From positions 186,001-250,000 of the IMG/VR virus record IMGVR_UViG_3300037042_006844: a DNA stretch of 64,000 nt; one strand, 5' to 3'. Numbering within the stretch: position 1 is the first letter of the stretch; each line of letters opens with the position of its first letter. A program made the position numbers and the translations under genes. A model generated the notes under the pieces. That model was not told where the DNA came from. It ran no database searches and saw only the letters and a program-made list of their open reading frames with translations. Positions 1-9,764 of this stretch are shown here, piece after piece.

Positions 1-593
1 CAGTTATCATTCTTGGCGACGATACCACCAATCATTCCAGTCTGGCAATACGAACGCTGTATATTCCACCGTTGCCAAAACCACTGAACACTTTACTGCG
101 ATTTCATTATATAAAACAATGCGATCTGTCGGAGTTTGATTTGATTTATTATATAGATGCCGACTGTGAAGTGGTCGTTCCAATAGGAGACGAAATTTTT
201 CCAGATAAACAGGGGCAATTGTGTGTGGTAAAACACCCTTGGGCAGATAAATGTGGTTACGGTTTGGGACCGGATGATTTTTACGAAAGAAATCCTCTAT
301 CGCAAGCCGCAACGTCCGATCCTCGTAACGGTATTTACTACCAAGGGTGTTTTTTTGGCGGGTATCGTGATGATTTTCTGACTATGGTAGAATTGTTGGA
401 TAAAAATGTCAAGCTGGATTTGAACAACCGAATCATTGCCAAATGGCATGACGAGTCCCACATGAACAAATATTTCATCGACAATCCACCAAAAGAATTG
501 TCGCCATCATATGCTTATCCTGGGTGCGATTCGTATCGTGGTATATTTCCAGCCTACATCAAACACTGGAACAATGCTTGGGACGATAAATAG
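1..593 (+). CDS. Family 6 (ABO/alpha-1,3-Gal-type) glycosyltransferase, 5' partial
   Basis: Frame is open from the window start; YYIDAD (DxD), YYQGCFFGG and WHDESHMNKY motifs are characteristic of GT6. Confidence 0.85.
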   Translation, partial: VIILGDDTTNHSSLAIRTLYIPPLPKPLNTLLRFHYIKQCDLSEFDLIYYIDADCEVVVPIGDEIFPDKQGQLCVVKHPWADKCGYGLGPDDFYERNPLSQAATSDPRNGIYYQGCFFGGYRDDFLTMVELLDKNVKLDLNNRIIAKWHDESHMNKYFIDNPPKELSPSYAYPGCDSYRGIFPAYIKHWNNAWDDK

Positions 594-596
594 CAG

Positions 597-1721
597 TTAT
601 ACAGCAACGTCCATTTTGATTGTTGGATGCGAACCATAATCGATCAGTTTTATGTCGTCATACTTGAAATCAAACAAAGATTTGATTTCGGGATTCAGCC
701 GCAATTCTGGCAGCTTCATTGGCTCACGTAGCAGTTGCTCCTTAACACCATCCATATGGTTAACATAGATATGCAAATCTCCATATGTGTGAGTGAACAC
801 ACCTGGCACCATGTTGACAACGTGGGCAACCATAGCGGTCAGTAAACAATATGATGTTATGTTAAAAGGAACTCCGAGTCCCAAATCACAGCTGCGTTGG
901 TAGAGCAAACAATTCAAACGGCGGTTTGGAATATCCATTACATCAAACAATTCAATCATTTTGGTCTCGGGTTCAGCAATCAAATCGCCACCCTTAGCCA
1001 AATATAATTGAAAACGTTCATCGTAGGTCAATTCTTCTGTATGAAACTGAAACAAACAATGACATGGCGGGAGAGCGCAATGATCAACCCAATAGGGATG
1101 CCATGACGACACAATCATTCTTCTGTCGTCGGGGTTAGTTTTGAGTTTGTCCACGACCTTTTTGAGTTGGTCAACTATCCCTTCCATTGGATGATAAAAC
1201 TTTTGCTCGCCACCGTTTGGGTTTGGGACTTCCCGCTCATAGAAATAGGGAAATGCTCTCCACATTCCTCCATAAGTTCCTTCACCAAGTTCGCCAAACT
1301 GTTTTGCGAAATTCACATCTTCTTTTATCTTTTGAACAAACTCGTCTTGAGTATACGGATTTGCACTACGACATCCAGATAGTCTGGTTCCATAAATACT
1401 TATCCTGCCGCCTGCGGTCTCAAACCACTTTTTGTATTTTGCATACGCCCATTCATCCCAGATTCGAACGTCGTTGTCCACAAAGTATTTGATGTTGGTG
1501 TTGCCGCTGATAAACCAAAGCAATTCGTGGACGATTGCCCGAAAATAAACCTTTTTTGTAGTTAAAATCGGAAATGCCTCCAAATTCACATCAAACTTGG
1601 CTTGAGCACCGAAGACCCCAAGGGTATCAATGCCAGTGCGATTTTTTTTGAGCCGCCCATTTGTTAATACGTTATTCAGCAGCTTAAAATATTCGGCATC
1701 TACGTTATTAATGTTGTTCAT
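597..1721 (-). CDS. thyA: Thymidylate synthase (likely start ATG 1721-1719; ORF track starts at 1730)
   Basis: RTG, FPILTTKK, ELLWF, RRMIVSSW, LPPCH (catalytic Cys), YQRSCD, PFNI, GDLHIY motifs. Confidence 0.95.
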   Translation of the reverse strand: MNNINNVDAEYFKLLNNVLTNGRLKKNRTGIDTLGVFGAQAKFDVNLEAFPILTTKKVYFRAIVHELLWFISGNTNIKYFVDNDVRIWDEWAYAKYKKWFETAGGRISIYGTRLSGCRSANPYTQDEFVQKIKEDVNFAKQFGELGEGTYGGMWRAFPYFYEREVPNPNGGEQKFYHPMEGIVDQLKKVVDKLKTNPDDRRMIVSSWHPYWVDHCALPPCHCLFQFHTEELTYDERFQLYLAKGGDLIAEPETKMIELFDVMDIPNRRLNCLLYQRSCDLGLGVPFNITSYCLLTAMVAHVVNMVPGVFTHTYGDLHIYVNHMDGVKEQLLREPMKLPELRLNPEIKSLFDFKYDDIKLIDYGSHPTIKMDVAV

Positions 1722-1732
1722 AGTTACCATTT

Positions 1733-2959
1733 TTATTGTTTTTTATGACAATTGGTTTTTTGAACACTAGGAACTATAAATTCCTTGCTTGCAACATTCC
1801 AATAGAAACCATTTCTATTTCGTTGCTGCAATCGTTCTTGCTTCGTTATCGGCACAAGATTGAAAGACAAATTCAAAGAAGCATTCAAATCTGCGTCAAG
1901 TTCACATTGACATTTCCCACATTTGAATCTCTTACTTTTACGGTTATCCTTCCGAGTCCAACCACATGACGAACATCTTTGACTTGTATATGTTGGATTT
2001 ATCTTGTTGACAAGGACACCTTGTGCTTCAAGTTTAGAATCCAACACATCAAAGAGTTCTCCGTAATTCCAATGCTTCATGTGGCGAGAAGTATTGGTAA
2101 ATTTTCTTAAATTTTTGATGTTTTCCCTATTTACAATTTTAACACCATCGAGATTAAGTTTATTAACAATATAACGTAAATAATTGCTTCTATGGTTAAC
2201 AACTTTATTGAAATTTTTGCTATTCTTTTTCTTTTTTGCGAGTTTATTACATATGGAAGCATAGGTATGACCATGTGGACATTTATCCAACACTTGTCCG
2301 TTGCTTGTGCTTAATGTAGTTGTCTGACCAATGTCAATGCCCATCACCATTCCTTCACTTTTATTATTAACGTCATTGACATCAAACATAAATGTAGCAT
2401 TATGTTTTGAAATTCTAATGCCTTTCTTGATCGACCCATTTTGCAACATTTTATTGAAATGTTTGTGTTTTTTGAAAGGAATATTTAATTTTATTTTATT
2501 TCCGAGACTGGTTAATAATATCCATCCATCAAAATTTGTATTTTTATCAAAATTGATTTTTACAAATCTTTCGTCCAATTCACATTCAATATTATTAATG
2601 TTTGGTTTAGATATTTTATTTTTATTATAAATTTCTTGGAGTTTTCTTGATTTTTTGAATTTACCTTCTTTTTGTAGTTTCTCGATCATGAACAATCTAC
2701 GTTTTTGTTTAAGTTGTGTTCCACGAACAATGCCACTTGCTTGTTTTCCAGCACATTGTATGATCCTAGCACTCAACCAACTATTATTCTTAATTTGTGA
2801 TGTTAATTCTTTTGGGAGAAGAGATGGGATTTTATCTAAATTCCAAATCAAATCAATAAATTGAACAACGACACTGCGATATTCTCTAATAAAACGATGG
2901 AGAATATCTAATTTGCCTTTGTTTGCAAATTTAAGCGTTGTTTTTGTTGACCGTATCAT
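1733..2959 (-). CDS. tnpB: TnpB RNA-guided endonuclease (IS607-associated)
   Basis: RuvC motifs GIDIG / NRENI / DADLNAS and zinc ribbon TSQRCSSCG...FKCGKC. Confidence 0.9.
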   Translation of the reverse strand: MIRSTKTTLKFANKGKLDILHRFIREYRSVVVQFIDLIWNLDKIPSLLPKELTSQIKNNSWLSARIIQCAGKQASGIVRGTQLKQKRRLFMIEKLQKEGKFKKSRKLQEIYNKNKISKPNINNIECELDERFVKINFDKNTNFDGWILLTSLGNKIKLNIPFKKHKHFNKMLQNGSIKKGIRISKHNATFMFDVNDVNNKSEGMVMGIDIGQTTTLSTSNGQVLDKCPHGHTYASICNKLAKKKKNSKNFNKVVNHRSNYLRYIVNKLNLDGVKIVNRENIKNLRKFTNTSRHMKHWNYGELFDVLDSKLEAQGVLVNKINPTYTSQRCSSCGWTRKDNRKSKRFKCGKCQCELDADLNASLNLSFNLVPITKQERLQQRNRNGFYWNVASKEFIVPSVQKTNCHKKQ

Positions 2960-3521
2960 TTTGCAATTCTTTTATTAGTTGTTCTGTTTTTCGTTTACTT
3001 CTTCTCTGACCATAAATTCTAGCACAAAAAGACGTTATCACATTCACGAAATCTTGAATTAAATCTTCTTTTTCTTCTTTAATATTATTAATATAAATTA
3101 CATCACAATTGAAATGTTTACATGCATATTCAATATATGTTGCACCAAATCTACTTAATCTATCTTTATGTTCAACGACCAATTTAGTTGCAGCACCATC
3201 TTTTAATAATTTGATTAGTTTGGGACGAGAATCATTTAATCCACTTCCTATTTCTTTAATATTTTCATGAGTTTTCCATCCTTTAGCGTTGCAGTAATCA
3301 ATTAATCTATTAGATTGTGATTCTAAATTGTCTTTATTTTCGGATGAACTGACTCTGGCATATGTTATTACATGTTCTTTTTTATTATTTGTCAACTCAT
3401 TTGGAACGATTATAGTTCCAGTTGGTAATTTGTATGCGCCGATGATTTGTCCACGATTGAACATCATCCATGCGGTTCTATACAAAATGCCTTTTTCTTT
3501 TGCCCAGTGACTTAATTTCAT
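2931..3521 (-). CDS. tnpA: IS607 transposase (MerR-like HTH + serine recombinase)
   Basis: YARVSS catalytic motif, EIGSGLN, VEHKDRLSRFG, SFCARIYG. Confidence 0.95.
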   Translation of the reverse strand: MKLSHWAKEKGILYRTAWMMFNRGQIIGAYKLPTGTIIVPNELTNNKKEHVITYARVSSSENKDNLESQSNRLIDYCNAKGWKTHENIKEIGSGLNDSRPKLIKLLKDGAATKLVVEHKDRLSRFGATYIEYACKHFNCDVIYINNIKEEKEDLIQDFVNVITSFCARIYGQRRSKRKTEQLIKELQNDTVNKNNA

Positions 3522-3684
3522 TTTTATTAATGGTTACTATTACATATAATAAATATCAATGAGAAATAGAAAACAACAAAAAATAATAAAAAACAATAAA
3601 ATTATTTATCTATAACTATACATCCTGCTTGATTCGTGATTGCCATACACGACAACACATTTTGATAATAATAATCATTCATAT

Positions 3685-4551
3685 TTATTTTTTATAACTT
3701 TCACAAAATACCAATGCTCTATCCATCACATCACCACAACTCTCTCTGATCACCATCTGAGCAGCACCATCGTAAACGGTTTCTGTGTTGTTGATGATTA
3801 CGAATGTGCAATTTTTGTTGCGGCGATTTACCAATCCTGCTGCTGGCTGCACACTCAACGAACTACCAATTACAATGAGCAGATCAGCTTCATTGATGAC
3901 TCTATATGCAGTGTCGTATGTTTCGTCATTCAAACTTTCATCAAACAAAACGGTTGTGGGTCGCACTTTTCCACCACAATCACATTTGGCGATGTCGGAG
4001 GAATTCAACATATCGTCAAACTGCTCGTATGTGTATTTACGATAGCAACTAATACAATGTGCTTTTGATCCATTACCGTGTAGATCGAGCACGTTGACGC
4101 TTCCCGCTTTTTGATGTAAATTATCAATGTTTTGAGTCACCACCCATTTGATCTTGCCCATCTTTTCCAATTCAACCAAAGCCACATGCGCTTTGTTTGG
4201 TTGTTTGCGTGTTATCCCAGTCAATCTATGTTTATAGAAAGAGTAGAAAAGTTTGGGATTCTCCCTAAACATTTTTTTGCTAAGAATGTCTTGAGGGTTG
4301 TATCCTTGAAACTCTCCGCTTTGGTATATGCCATTATTTGATCGAAAATCTGGAATGCCAGACTCAGTAGATATACCAGCACCGGTGAAGGTCACAATGT
4401 TTGTTGCTTCCAACACCAATTCGTTGAACGTAACGGATTTCAACTTATCTGGCAGAGGCCCGGATGACTCAATGGGATCAGGACGTTGGTTTTTCAACCT
4501 CTCGGCTTTCAATTCATTGAGCGCATTCAAAATGGCATTCTGATCGATCAT
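3685..4551 (-). CDS. Sir2/CobB-family NAD-dependent deacylase
   Basis: TGAGISTESGIPDFRS, TQNIDNLH, LHG, CxxC..CxC zinc site, GSSL. Confidence 0.95.
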   Translation of the reverse strand: MIDQNAILNALNELKAERLKNQRPDPIESSGPLPDKLKSVTFNELVLEATNIVTFTGAGISTESGIPDFRSNNGIYQSGEFQGYNPQDILSKKMFRENPKLFYSFYKHRLTGITRKQPNKAHVALVELEKMGKIKWVVTQNIDNLHQKAGSVNVLDLHGNGSKAHCISCYRKYTYEQFDDMLNSSDIAKCDCGGKVRPTTVLFDESLNDETYDTAYRVINEADLLIVIGSSLSVQPAAGLVNRRNKNCTFVIINNTETVYDGAAQMVIRESCGDVMDRALVFCESYKK

Positions 4552-4919
4552 AGTTTTTCCCAGGCCTGAATTTCTGTTTGGAGAATCGCGATTTCATTTT
4601 GAAGTGAGTCAATCCGACCCTTTTTGGATCGAATTTGATGTTCAACGTTTTTTCGCCGCTGAATGGCGGACATGCGCTGTATAACCTTGACAACCTCTTC
4701 GGCGTTTTGACAACCAAGAATATCATTGGTCCAATCTTCGGCACCATCTTCTGTTTTGTTAGCCATCTCCGGCCAGAGGCTCAATATGCTGGATTCGATT
4801 TGCTTGATTATAGGAGCTATTGTTGTGGTGTTGATGTCACGAATTGCTGCTGCGCAAATTTCGATCTTTTGATAATGATCCAATGTTGTGGGTTTCGTTT
4901 TAGTGTTTGTGTTGTTCAT
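4548..4919 (-). CDS. Hypothetical protein, C-terminal coiled coil
   Basis: ORF in tightly packed minus-strand run, ATGA overlap with sir2. Confidence 0.6.
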   Translation of the reverse strand: MNNTNTKTKPTTLDHYQKIEICAAAIRDINTTTIAPIIKQIESSILSLWPEMANKTEDGAEDWTNDILGCQNAEEVVKVIQRMSAIQRRKNVEHQIRSKKGRIDSLQNEIAILQTEIQAWEKL

Positions 4920-4939
4920 ATTATGTTGTTGTTATGTTA

Positions 4940-5260
4940 TTATTTGAGGCTGTCTAGGTATTCCATCACTCTGTTGCGCAGTTCATGGTCGTGGGCGAAG
5001 CACCGGGGCCAAACCTCGGTCATGTGAAGAAAATAAGGGTTTCTTTCGTCGCCGTGTGCATGGAATTTGATTTCTTGGCTCACTTCGTTGAACGACTTTT
5101 CTGCGATATAACCCGTTTGACCAAACTGTAAAAATGGATGATGTCGAGTAATAACTGTTGCCGGAACCGTTCCGCCGAATGTAAGCTGCTCCCCTTGTGG
5201 TTTAGGACTGTATATGGCGGTTATCGTATCGAAAATTTGCTTGATAGTTTTTGATGTCAT
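4940..5260 (-). CDS. Hypothetical protein
   Basis: ORF in tightly packed minus-strand run. Confidence 0.55.
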   Translation of the reverse strand: MTSKTIKQIFDTITAIYSPKPQGEQLTFGGTVPATVITRHHPFLQFGQTGYIAEKSFNEVSQEIKFHAHGDERNPYFLHMTEVWPRCFAHDHELRNRVMEYLDSLK

Positions 5261-5269
5261 ATTCTATTT

Positions 5270-5455
5270 TTATTCGCCTCTTTTGAAACTGCCTTTCAAA
5301 CTATACAGCAGATTCTTGATTTCGTCAAGACTTCTAACACGATCTCTATATAGCATCTCTGTTTTGATACACTCTTCGTCAACTCTGCGAAGAAGATCGT
5401 TGATCTTCTGCATCGTCACCGTTGGCTTAGTTCGTTCAAACTCATCTATGTTCAT
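5270..5455 (-). CDS. Small hypothetical protein
   Basis: Preceded by TTGACA-N16-TAGCAT-N6-ATG promoter. Confidence 0.6.
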   Translation of the reverse strand: MNIDEFERTKPTVTMQKINDLLRRVDEECIKTEMLYRDRVRSLDEIKNLLYSLKGSFKRGE

Positions 5456-5461
5456 AGGAAT

Positions 5462-5489
5462 ATGCTATCATCCATTGTTGATCTGTCAA
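5462..5489 (-). promoter_or_regulatory. Sigma70-like promoter, 16-bp spacer, leaderless
   Basis: TTGACA (5489-5484) N16 TAGCAT (5467-5462), 6 nt before ATG. Confidence 0.65.
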
Positions 5490-6445
5490 GCTGCTAAAAT
5501 TTCCATGCTTTTTGCCGCTCGACCCAAATCGGGATATGCCCAATCCCCCGCCATGTGATAATCGATTCTACAATGATTTTCTGTAAGATAATCAGTCGGT
5601 CCTCCGTAGTTTGTGGCGATAATTTTTTTGCCATAGTTCACAGCATCATACAAACTCAACCCAAAACCTTCGCCTTTGTGTAAACTCACATAACAGTCAC
5701 CCAAACTATGAATTTCGAGCAGTTCTTTGTTGCTCACATTTTTGCTGATAAGATACACGTTATCGCCATATGGTTTGACCGCATTCTCCACATGCTTGAT
5801 GCTTGCTTGTGAATAGTTACCGTAGTGCAGTTTCAACAACAGTTGAGTGTTTCTGTGAGTTTCGTTGAATCGGCTGTATGTGTCCAGCAGATCAAGTATT
5901 CCTTTTCTATCCACATATTCGGCTATGCAATAGAACGTGAATTTGTTGTTGGGTATGGTTCTACCGCGATAATCACACAAACTCACAGCGTCTCGGGCTG
6001 GCAGTGTTTGTTCAAGAAATATGTGGGGAAAAACCACAATTGGTATTGTTACTCCGCTTGCGGCAAAATAGGTGTGGTTGAACGTGCTGGGAACCCACAA
6101 TTCATCTAATTGGTTAATCTCAGTAACCCAATCGGCAGCAACTCGCTGTGTTTCCCAAGTGCAATAGCCTATCTGCTTGGTGTAATAGTTTTTTTTGACT
6201 TTAGGACGGATCATACTCCATAGGTTTGGGATGGTGTGATAGATTTGCGCATCATATTTGGATAGTGCCGTCATATTACCACAAACTCGTTGGTCAACCA
6301 ACCATTCTCTATCAATTTGTGAATCATCAAACTTCAAAGGAGCAAAACACAGATTGTGACCTTGATTCAAAAAATATAGCATATTGCCTTTGGCGGCAGT
6401 TGCATAACCAGACGTTCCGTATTGGGCAATGTATTCGATGTTCAC
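5486..6445 (-). CDS. GT-B (GT4-like) glycosyltransferase
   Basis: QYGTSGYATAAKG N-terminus, WVPS, RKG, GEGFGL motif; paralog of 44725-46143 and 53103-55733. Confidence 0.85.
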   Translation of the reverse strand: MNIEYIAQYGTSGYATAAKGNMLYFLNQGHNLCFAPLKFDDSQIDREWLVDQRVCGNMTALSKYDAQIYHTIPNLWSMIRPKVKKNYYTKQIGYCTWETQRVAADWVTEINQLDELWVPSTFNHTYFAASGVTIPIVVFPHIFLEQTLPARDAVSLCDYRGRTIPNNKFTFYCIAEYVDRKGILDLLDTYSRFNETHRNTQLLLKLHYGNYSQASIKHVENAVKPYGDNVYLISKNVSNKELLEIHSLGDCYVSLHKGEGFGLSLYDAVNYGKKIIATNYGGPTDYLTENHCRIDYHMAGDWAYPDLGRAAKSMEILAA

Positions 6446-6517
6446 TTCTTTATATAGCTAATTATAATAACGCAACCGAAATAATAAACCGATATGTATT
6501 GTTACACAACAACAATT

Positions 6518-7390
6518 ATGATTATTCTATTCGGATCAAACGGTTATATCGGCGGCGAATTTGCAAAGCAACTGGAAGACGCAAAAATTCCTGCATTTTT
6601 CTGGCCAAATACTCACAAAACAACGTTCCAAGATTTGGAAAAGTGGTATGAAGATGTGGGATATCCATTGATTGGCGGCGTGATCAATGCTGCTGGTTAC
6701 ACTGGCAAACCCAACGTGGACGCTTGTGAAACAGATAGAGAATCCGCTGTTCATGGGAATATTGTTTGGCCCACAATATTGACTGATTGGTGCGCTCTCA
6801 ACACCATTCCACTGGGACATGTCAGCAGTGGTTGTATTTACGCCGGTAAAAAGTCAGACGGTGGTGGGTTTACCGAAACCGACGAACCAAATTTCAGTTG
6901 GCAGCAAAACAATTGCAGTTTTTACAGCGGCACCAAAGCGTTGAGCGAGAAAATCGTGAGCAACTGGGATTCCCATTATATTTGGCGTTTGCGTATTCCG
7001 TTTGACGAGTTCGACGGTCCTCGCAACTATATCAGTAAAATGCTGCGATATCAAAAATTGTTGCAGGCCGAAAACAGCATCAGCCATCGTGCCGAATTTG
7101 TCAAAGCTTGCATCGAAACGATGACCAAAAAAGTGGACTATGGCACATACAATGTCACCAATACTGGTTATATCACCACAGATCGATTGGTAGAAAAGCT
7201 CAAAAAAACCATCGTCAAAAATCGCGATTTCACACTAATCGGTGAGGAAGAGCTTTACAAGAATTTTGCCAAAACACCTCGCAGTAATTGTGTGTTGGAT
7301 AACAGCAAACTACTTGCCACGGGAATAAAAATGCGCACTGTGGATGCCGCGTTGGATCATTGTTTGGCTAACTGGAAGTATTCGGCCTAA
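6518..7390 (+). CDS. NAD(P)-dependent nucleotide-sugar epimerase/reductase (RmlD/UER1-like)
   Basis: GSNGYIG Rossmann motif, GYTGKPNVDACE, SSGCIY, YSGTK (YxxxK). Confidence 0.85.
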   Translation: MIILFGSNGYIGGEFAKQLEDAKIPAFFWPNTHKTTFQDLEKWYEDVGYPLIGGVINAAGYTGKPNVDACETDRESAVHGNIVWPTILTDWCALNTIPLGHVSSGCIYAGKKSDGGGFTETDEPNFSWQQNNCSFYSGTKALSEKIVSNWDSHYIWRLRIPFDEFDGPRNYISKMLRYQKLLQAENSISHRAEFVKACIETMTKKVDYGTYNVTNTGYITTDRLVEKLKKTIVKNRDFTLIGEEELYKNFAKTPRSNCVLDNSKLLATGIKMRTVDAALDHCLANWKYSA

Positions 7391-7653
7391 AACCCGTTTT
7401 GTCGAAGGATACCCACACCAAAACCAAGAATTTGAATTTTGAAGCCCAAATGCACTTTGCTTTTCACCAGACTGATAGTGGTGGGCGCATTGATTGAATA
7501 AATCGCGTTTTCTTCAATATCCATCTGCTCACGAAACTTGCCAGCTTCAACGAACGGAAAAAAGAAGCTTAGACAGTAATAGTCATACCAGCTTTTTTCA
7601 AAGTTGATTTGCAAACAAGGATATCGAAAATACATTGCGGGTTTGTAACTCAT
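7387..7653 (-). CDS. Hypothetical protein
   Basis: ORF with TATTTAA motif 5 nt upstream of ATG. Confidence 0.5.
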   Translation of the reverse strand: MSYKPAMYFRYPCLQINFEKSWYDYYCLSFFFPFVEAGKFREQMDIEENAIYSINAPTTISLVKSKVHLGFKIQILGFGVGILRQNGF

Positions 7654-7665
7654 ATACATTAAATA

Positions 7666-8238
7666 TCAATCCCCCGACGAAAACAACGTGCGTTTAAGTG
7701 CAATTATGCGAGGCTCATGATTTTTGTAAGAAGTCATCGTTGCGGAAACAAATTTGGTGTCAAGCTGTTTGAACGGTTGTTTATGAGATTTGTTGTATCC
7801 ATGCACATAACTTAGCAAACACAGCACTGTTTGTTTATCGGCGGCATGGCTGGTCCATTTTGCAGTTTTGTGCGCATATTTCCAAGCATCAATTTCGGTT
7901 TTCATTCGGTATTTACTCACAAACACACACGATTTGCTGCGACTTAGATTCCACAATACCCGATTCATATTGTAGTAAATCATGGGATGCTCATTGACTA
8001 TATGACCGATTTCGTGAAGTGCTCCAAAATATGTTTTAACCGTGCGGATTTCGGGGTTGATCCAAATCAATTTACTCAACATGTTTGCCGCATTGTCGGT
8101 TTTTCTGAAAACTATTTTGATGTCGTGCTCTTCGCATAACGCACGGATATGATCCATGTATTTCGTTTTAGGGATGTAGCGAAGCCGTTTTTCATGGTCC
8201 CAAGTGTAGTCCGTCTCGATATCGTAGTAGGTCGTCAT
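7666..8238 (-). CDS. Hypothetical protein with HExxH (zincin/ImmA-like) motif
   Basis: ALHEIGH and downstream EIDAW; TTGACA-N16-TATCTT promoter upstream. Confidence 0.6.
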   Translation of the reverse strand: MTTYYDIETDYTWDHEKRLRYIPKTKYMDHIRALCEEHDIKIVFRKTDNAANMLSKLIWINPEIRTVKTYFGALHEIGHIVNEHPMIYYNMNRVLWNLSRSKSCVFVSKYRMKTEIDAWKYAHKTAKWTSHAADKQTVLCLLSYVHGYNKSHKQPFKQLDTKFVSATMTSYKNHEPRIIALKRTLFSSGD

Positions 8239-8277
8239 TCAGACCCAAGATACCATCAGTTGCGAGCTTGTCAACAA

Positions 8278-8934
8278 CTAGACGCATTCTGTGGTGTGCG
8301 GATCGCCCTCGGCATCATCACCCCGACTTTCTACAATTACTTTGCCAATATAACCACCGTCTCCATTACGCATGGCATCGGCACGAACTTTATAAACAAC
8401 TCCGTCTTTACTCACAATACGAAACGTCGCGTGACTGTCACGTTTATCTTTAACCGCAGATTCCCATTCAACTGAAATACGCTCACGATCCGCTTCATGC
8501 AAAACGCTTTTCCAACCATTGTTGAGAAAATCATCCACAGAATATCCAGTTAGTTTGCAGTATTTGTCATTTACCCATGTGCAAGTGCCGTCGTCCCGAG
8601 ACTCAAAAATGGGTTCGTCGCGATTATTATCCAGCAACCAGCGTTGCCGATGCATGATGACAGACGTGGCTTGTGTATTCTCTTCCAATTTTCGTTCGAT
8701 GGTGTTTACTTTGTCTTTGAGACTAGTTCCGTGGTTCGGAGTAATTTCTGAATAGATAGTTTCAATCATGGTGTGTAGTTTGCACACTTTTCCGTATTCA
8801 GATTTGACAGTTTTGAAAATGAACATGAGCAATTTATAAAGAATGCCAATAACTGCACTTGCGGCGATTATTAGCTGGAGAATGGAATATATACTTTTCC
8901 AATCGAACGAACTTAGAATAATATCTGTAATCAT
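8278..8934 (-). CDS. Membrane-anchored PAS-domain protein
   Basis: N-terminal hydrophobic helix, coiled coil, then PAS signature (IFESRDDGTCTWVNDKYCKLTGYS...GWKSVLHEADR). Confidence 0.8.
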   Translation of the reverse strand: MITDIILSSFDWKSIYSILQLIIAASAVIGILYKLLMFIFKTVKSEYGKVCKLHTMIETIYSEITPNHGTSLKDKVNTIERKLEENTQATSVIMHRQRWLLDNNRDEPIFESRDDGTCTWVNDKYCKLTGYSVDDFLNNGWKSVLHEADRERISVEWESAVKDKRDSHATFRIVSKDGVVYKVRADAMRNGDGGYIGKVIVESRGDDAEGDPHTTECV

Positions 8935-9025
8935 GCTCTAATAAATAGCACGATCGCCCTCATTAATAAAAAAACTCTAATCGCTTAGAGTCTTTTCGTG
9001 GGTCGGGGGTGTGTTTATATGGTTT

Positions 9026-9676
9026 CTAGTCCCACAAACTATCAAAATGCTCTGCAAACAACAGTAGTCCTTTTCGTTTGCGATTTTCCAAATCGTCGCA
9101 ACGTTCGATATATTGCTGCCATGCCAGCTTTTCTTCTTGGGTTTTTTCACGGTGCAGCCAACCAAGATAATCTCCATTGTTTTGATGATTTGCTGCTGGG
9201 ATATCGGGTATGGGATTGATTTTTTCGGGATCGTCGATGTATTCAAACGTCCAAATCAATTCATCCAGAATATCATTCCATTCTTTGATTACAGCATCAT
9301 CGTATGAATCGCCGTTCATCGGATGGCATTTCAAATACATAGAATTGGGGATGCCACACCTATCCATGCGGCGATAATGTTTGAGTCGGGGAAGAATGTA
9401 TTTGGTCAATGTGCTATTAAGATTCCAACACTCTTCGTTGCTCACACCATAACGCACCTTTTGATACGACGATTTTGCCCACAAACGAACAGACTCATAG
9501 CGATCTACGGCTCCCCAGCCCAAACAACGAGGAACTCGGTCGCACCACCAATCAATGTATCTGTTGATACGATAATATTCGCTGACGCAGCAACAATTGT
9601 CTGGTGTGGCATCTTTTACAACAGCTGCTTTTTTTGATGGAGAAACAAAATTTAGTTCGAGTTGATGTGCTCTCAT
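9026..9676 (-). CDS. Phage hypothetical protein
   Basis: Long ORF ending KGLLLFAEHFDSLWD; TTGACA-N16-TAGAAT-N6-ATG upstream. Confidence 0.7.
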   Translation of the reverse strand: MRAHQLELNFVSPSKKAAVVKDATPDNCCCVSEYYRINRYIDWWCDRVPRCLGWGAVDRYESVRLWAKSSYQKVRYGVSNEECWNLNSTLTKYILPRLKHYRRMDRCGIPNSMYLKCHPMNGDSYDDAVIKEWNDILDELIWTFEYIDDPEKINPIPDIPAANHQNNGDYLGWLHREKTQEEKLAWQQYIERCDDLENRKRKGLLLFAEHFDSLWD

Positions 9677-9764
9677 GTTATTATTCTAGCAGACATAAAA
9701 AAACTGTCAAGCATAACTCTTGTTTTGCTTTTTGCAAAACCCATGCTACTATTTATACAGAGCT

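Larger units (their letters stand above)
1720..3619 (-). mobile_element. IS607-family element (serine recombinase TnpA + TnpB)
   Basis: tnpA-tnpB pair; inverted termini ATAGTTA...TAACTAT and subterminal TAAAAAACAATAAAA repeats at both ends; visibly AT-richer than flanks; removal restores GGATGT-ATG-AACAAC at the thyA start. Confidence 0.85.

Noticed and set aside
597-1730. ThyA as a dCMP hydroxymethylase feeding DNA glycosylation
   Set aside because: Retains the dUMP-specifying Asn (PFNI) and standard ThyA motifs
3685-4551. Sir2 as a Thoeris/DSR-type defence effector
   Set aside because: Has canonical zinc-binding CobB-type deacylase architecture and no partner genes
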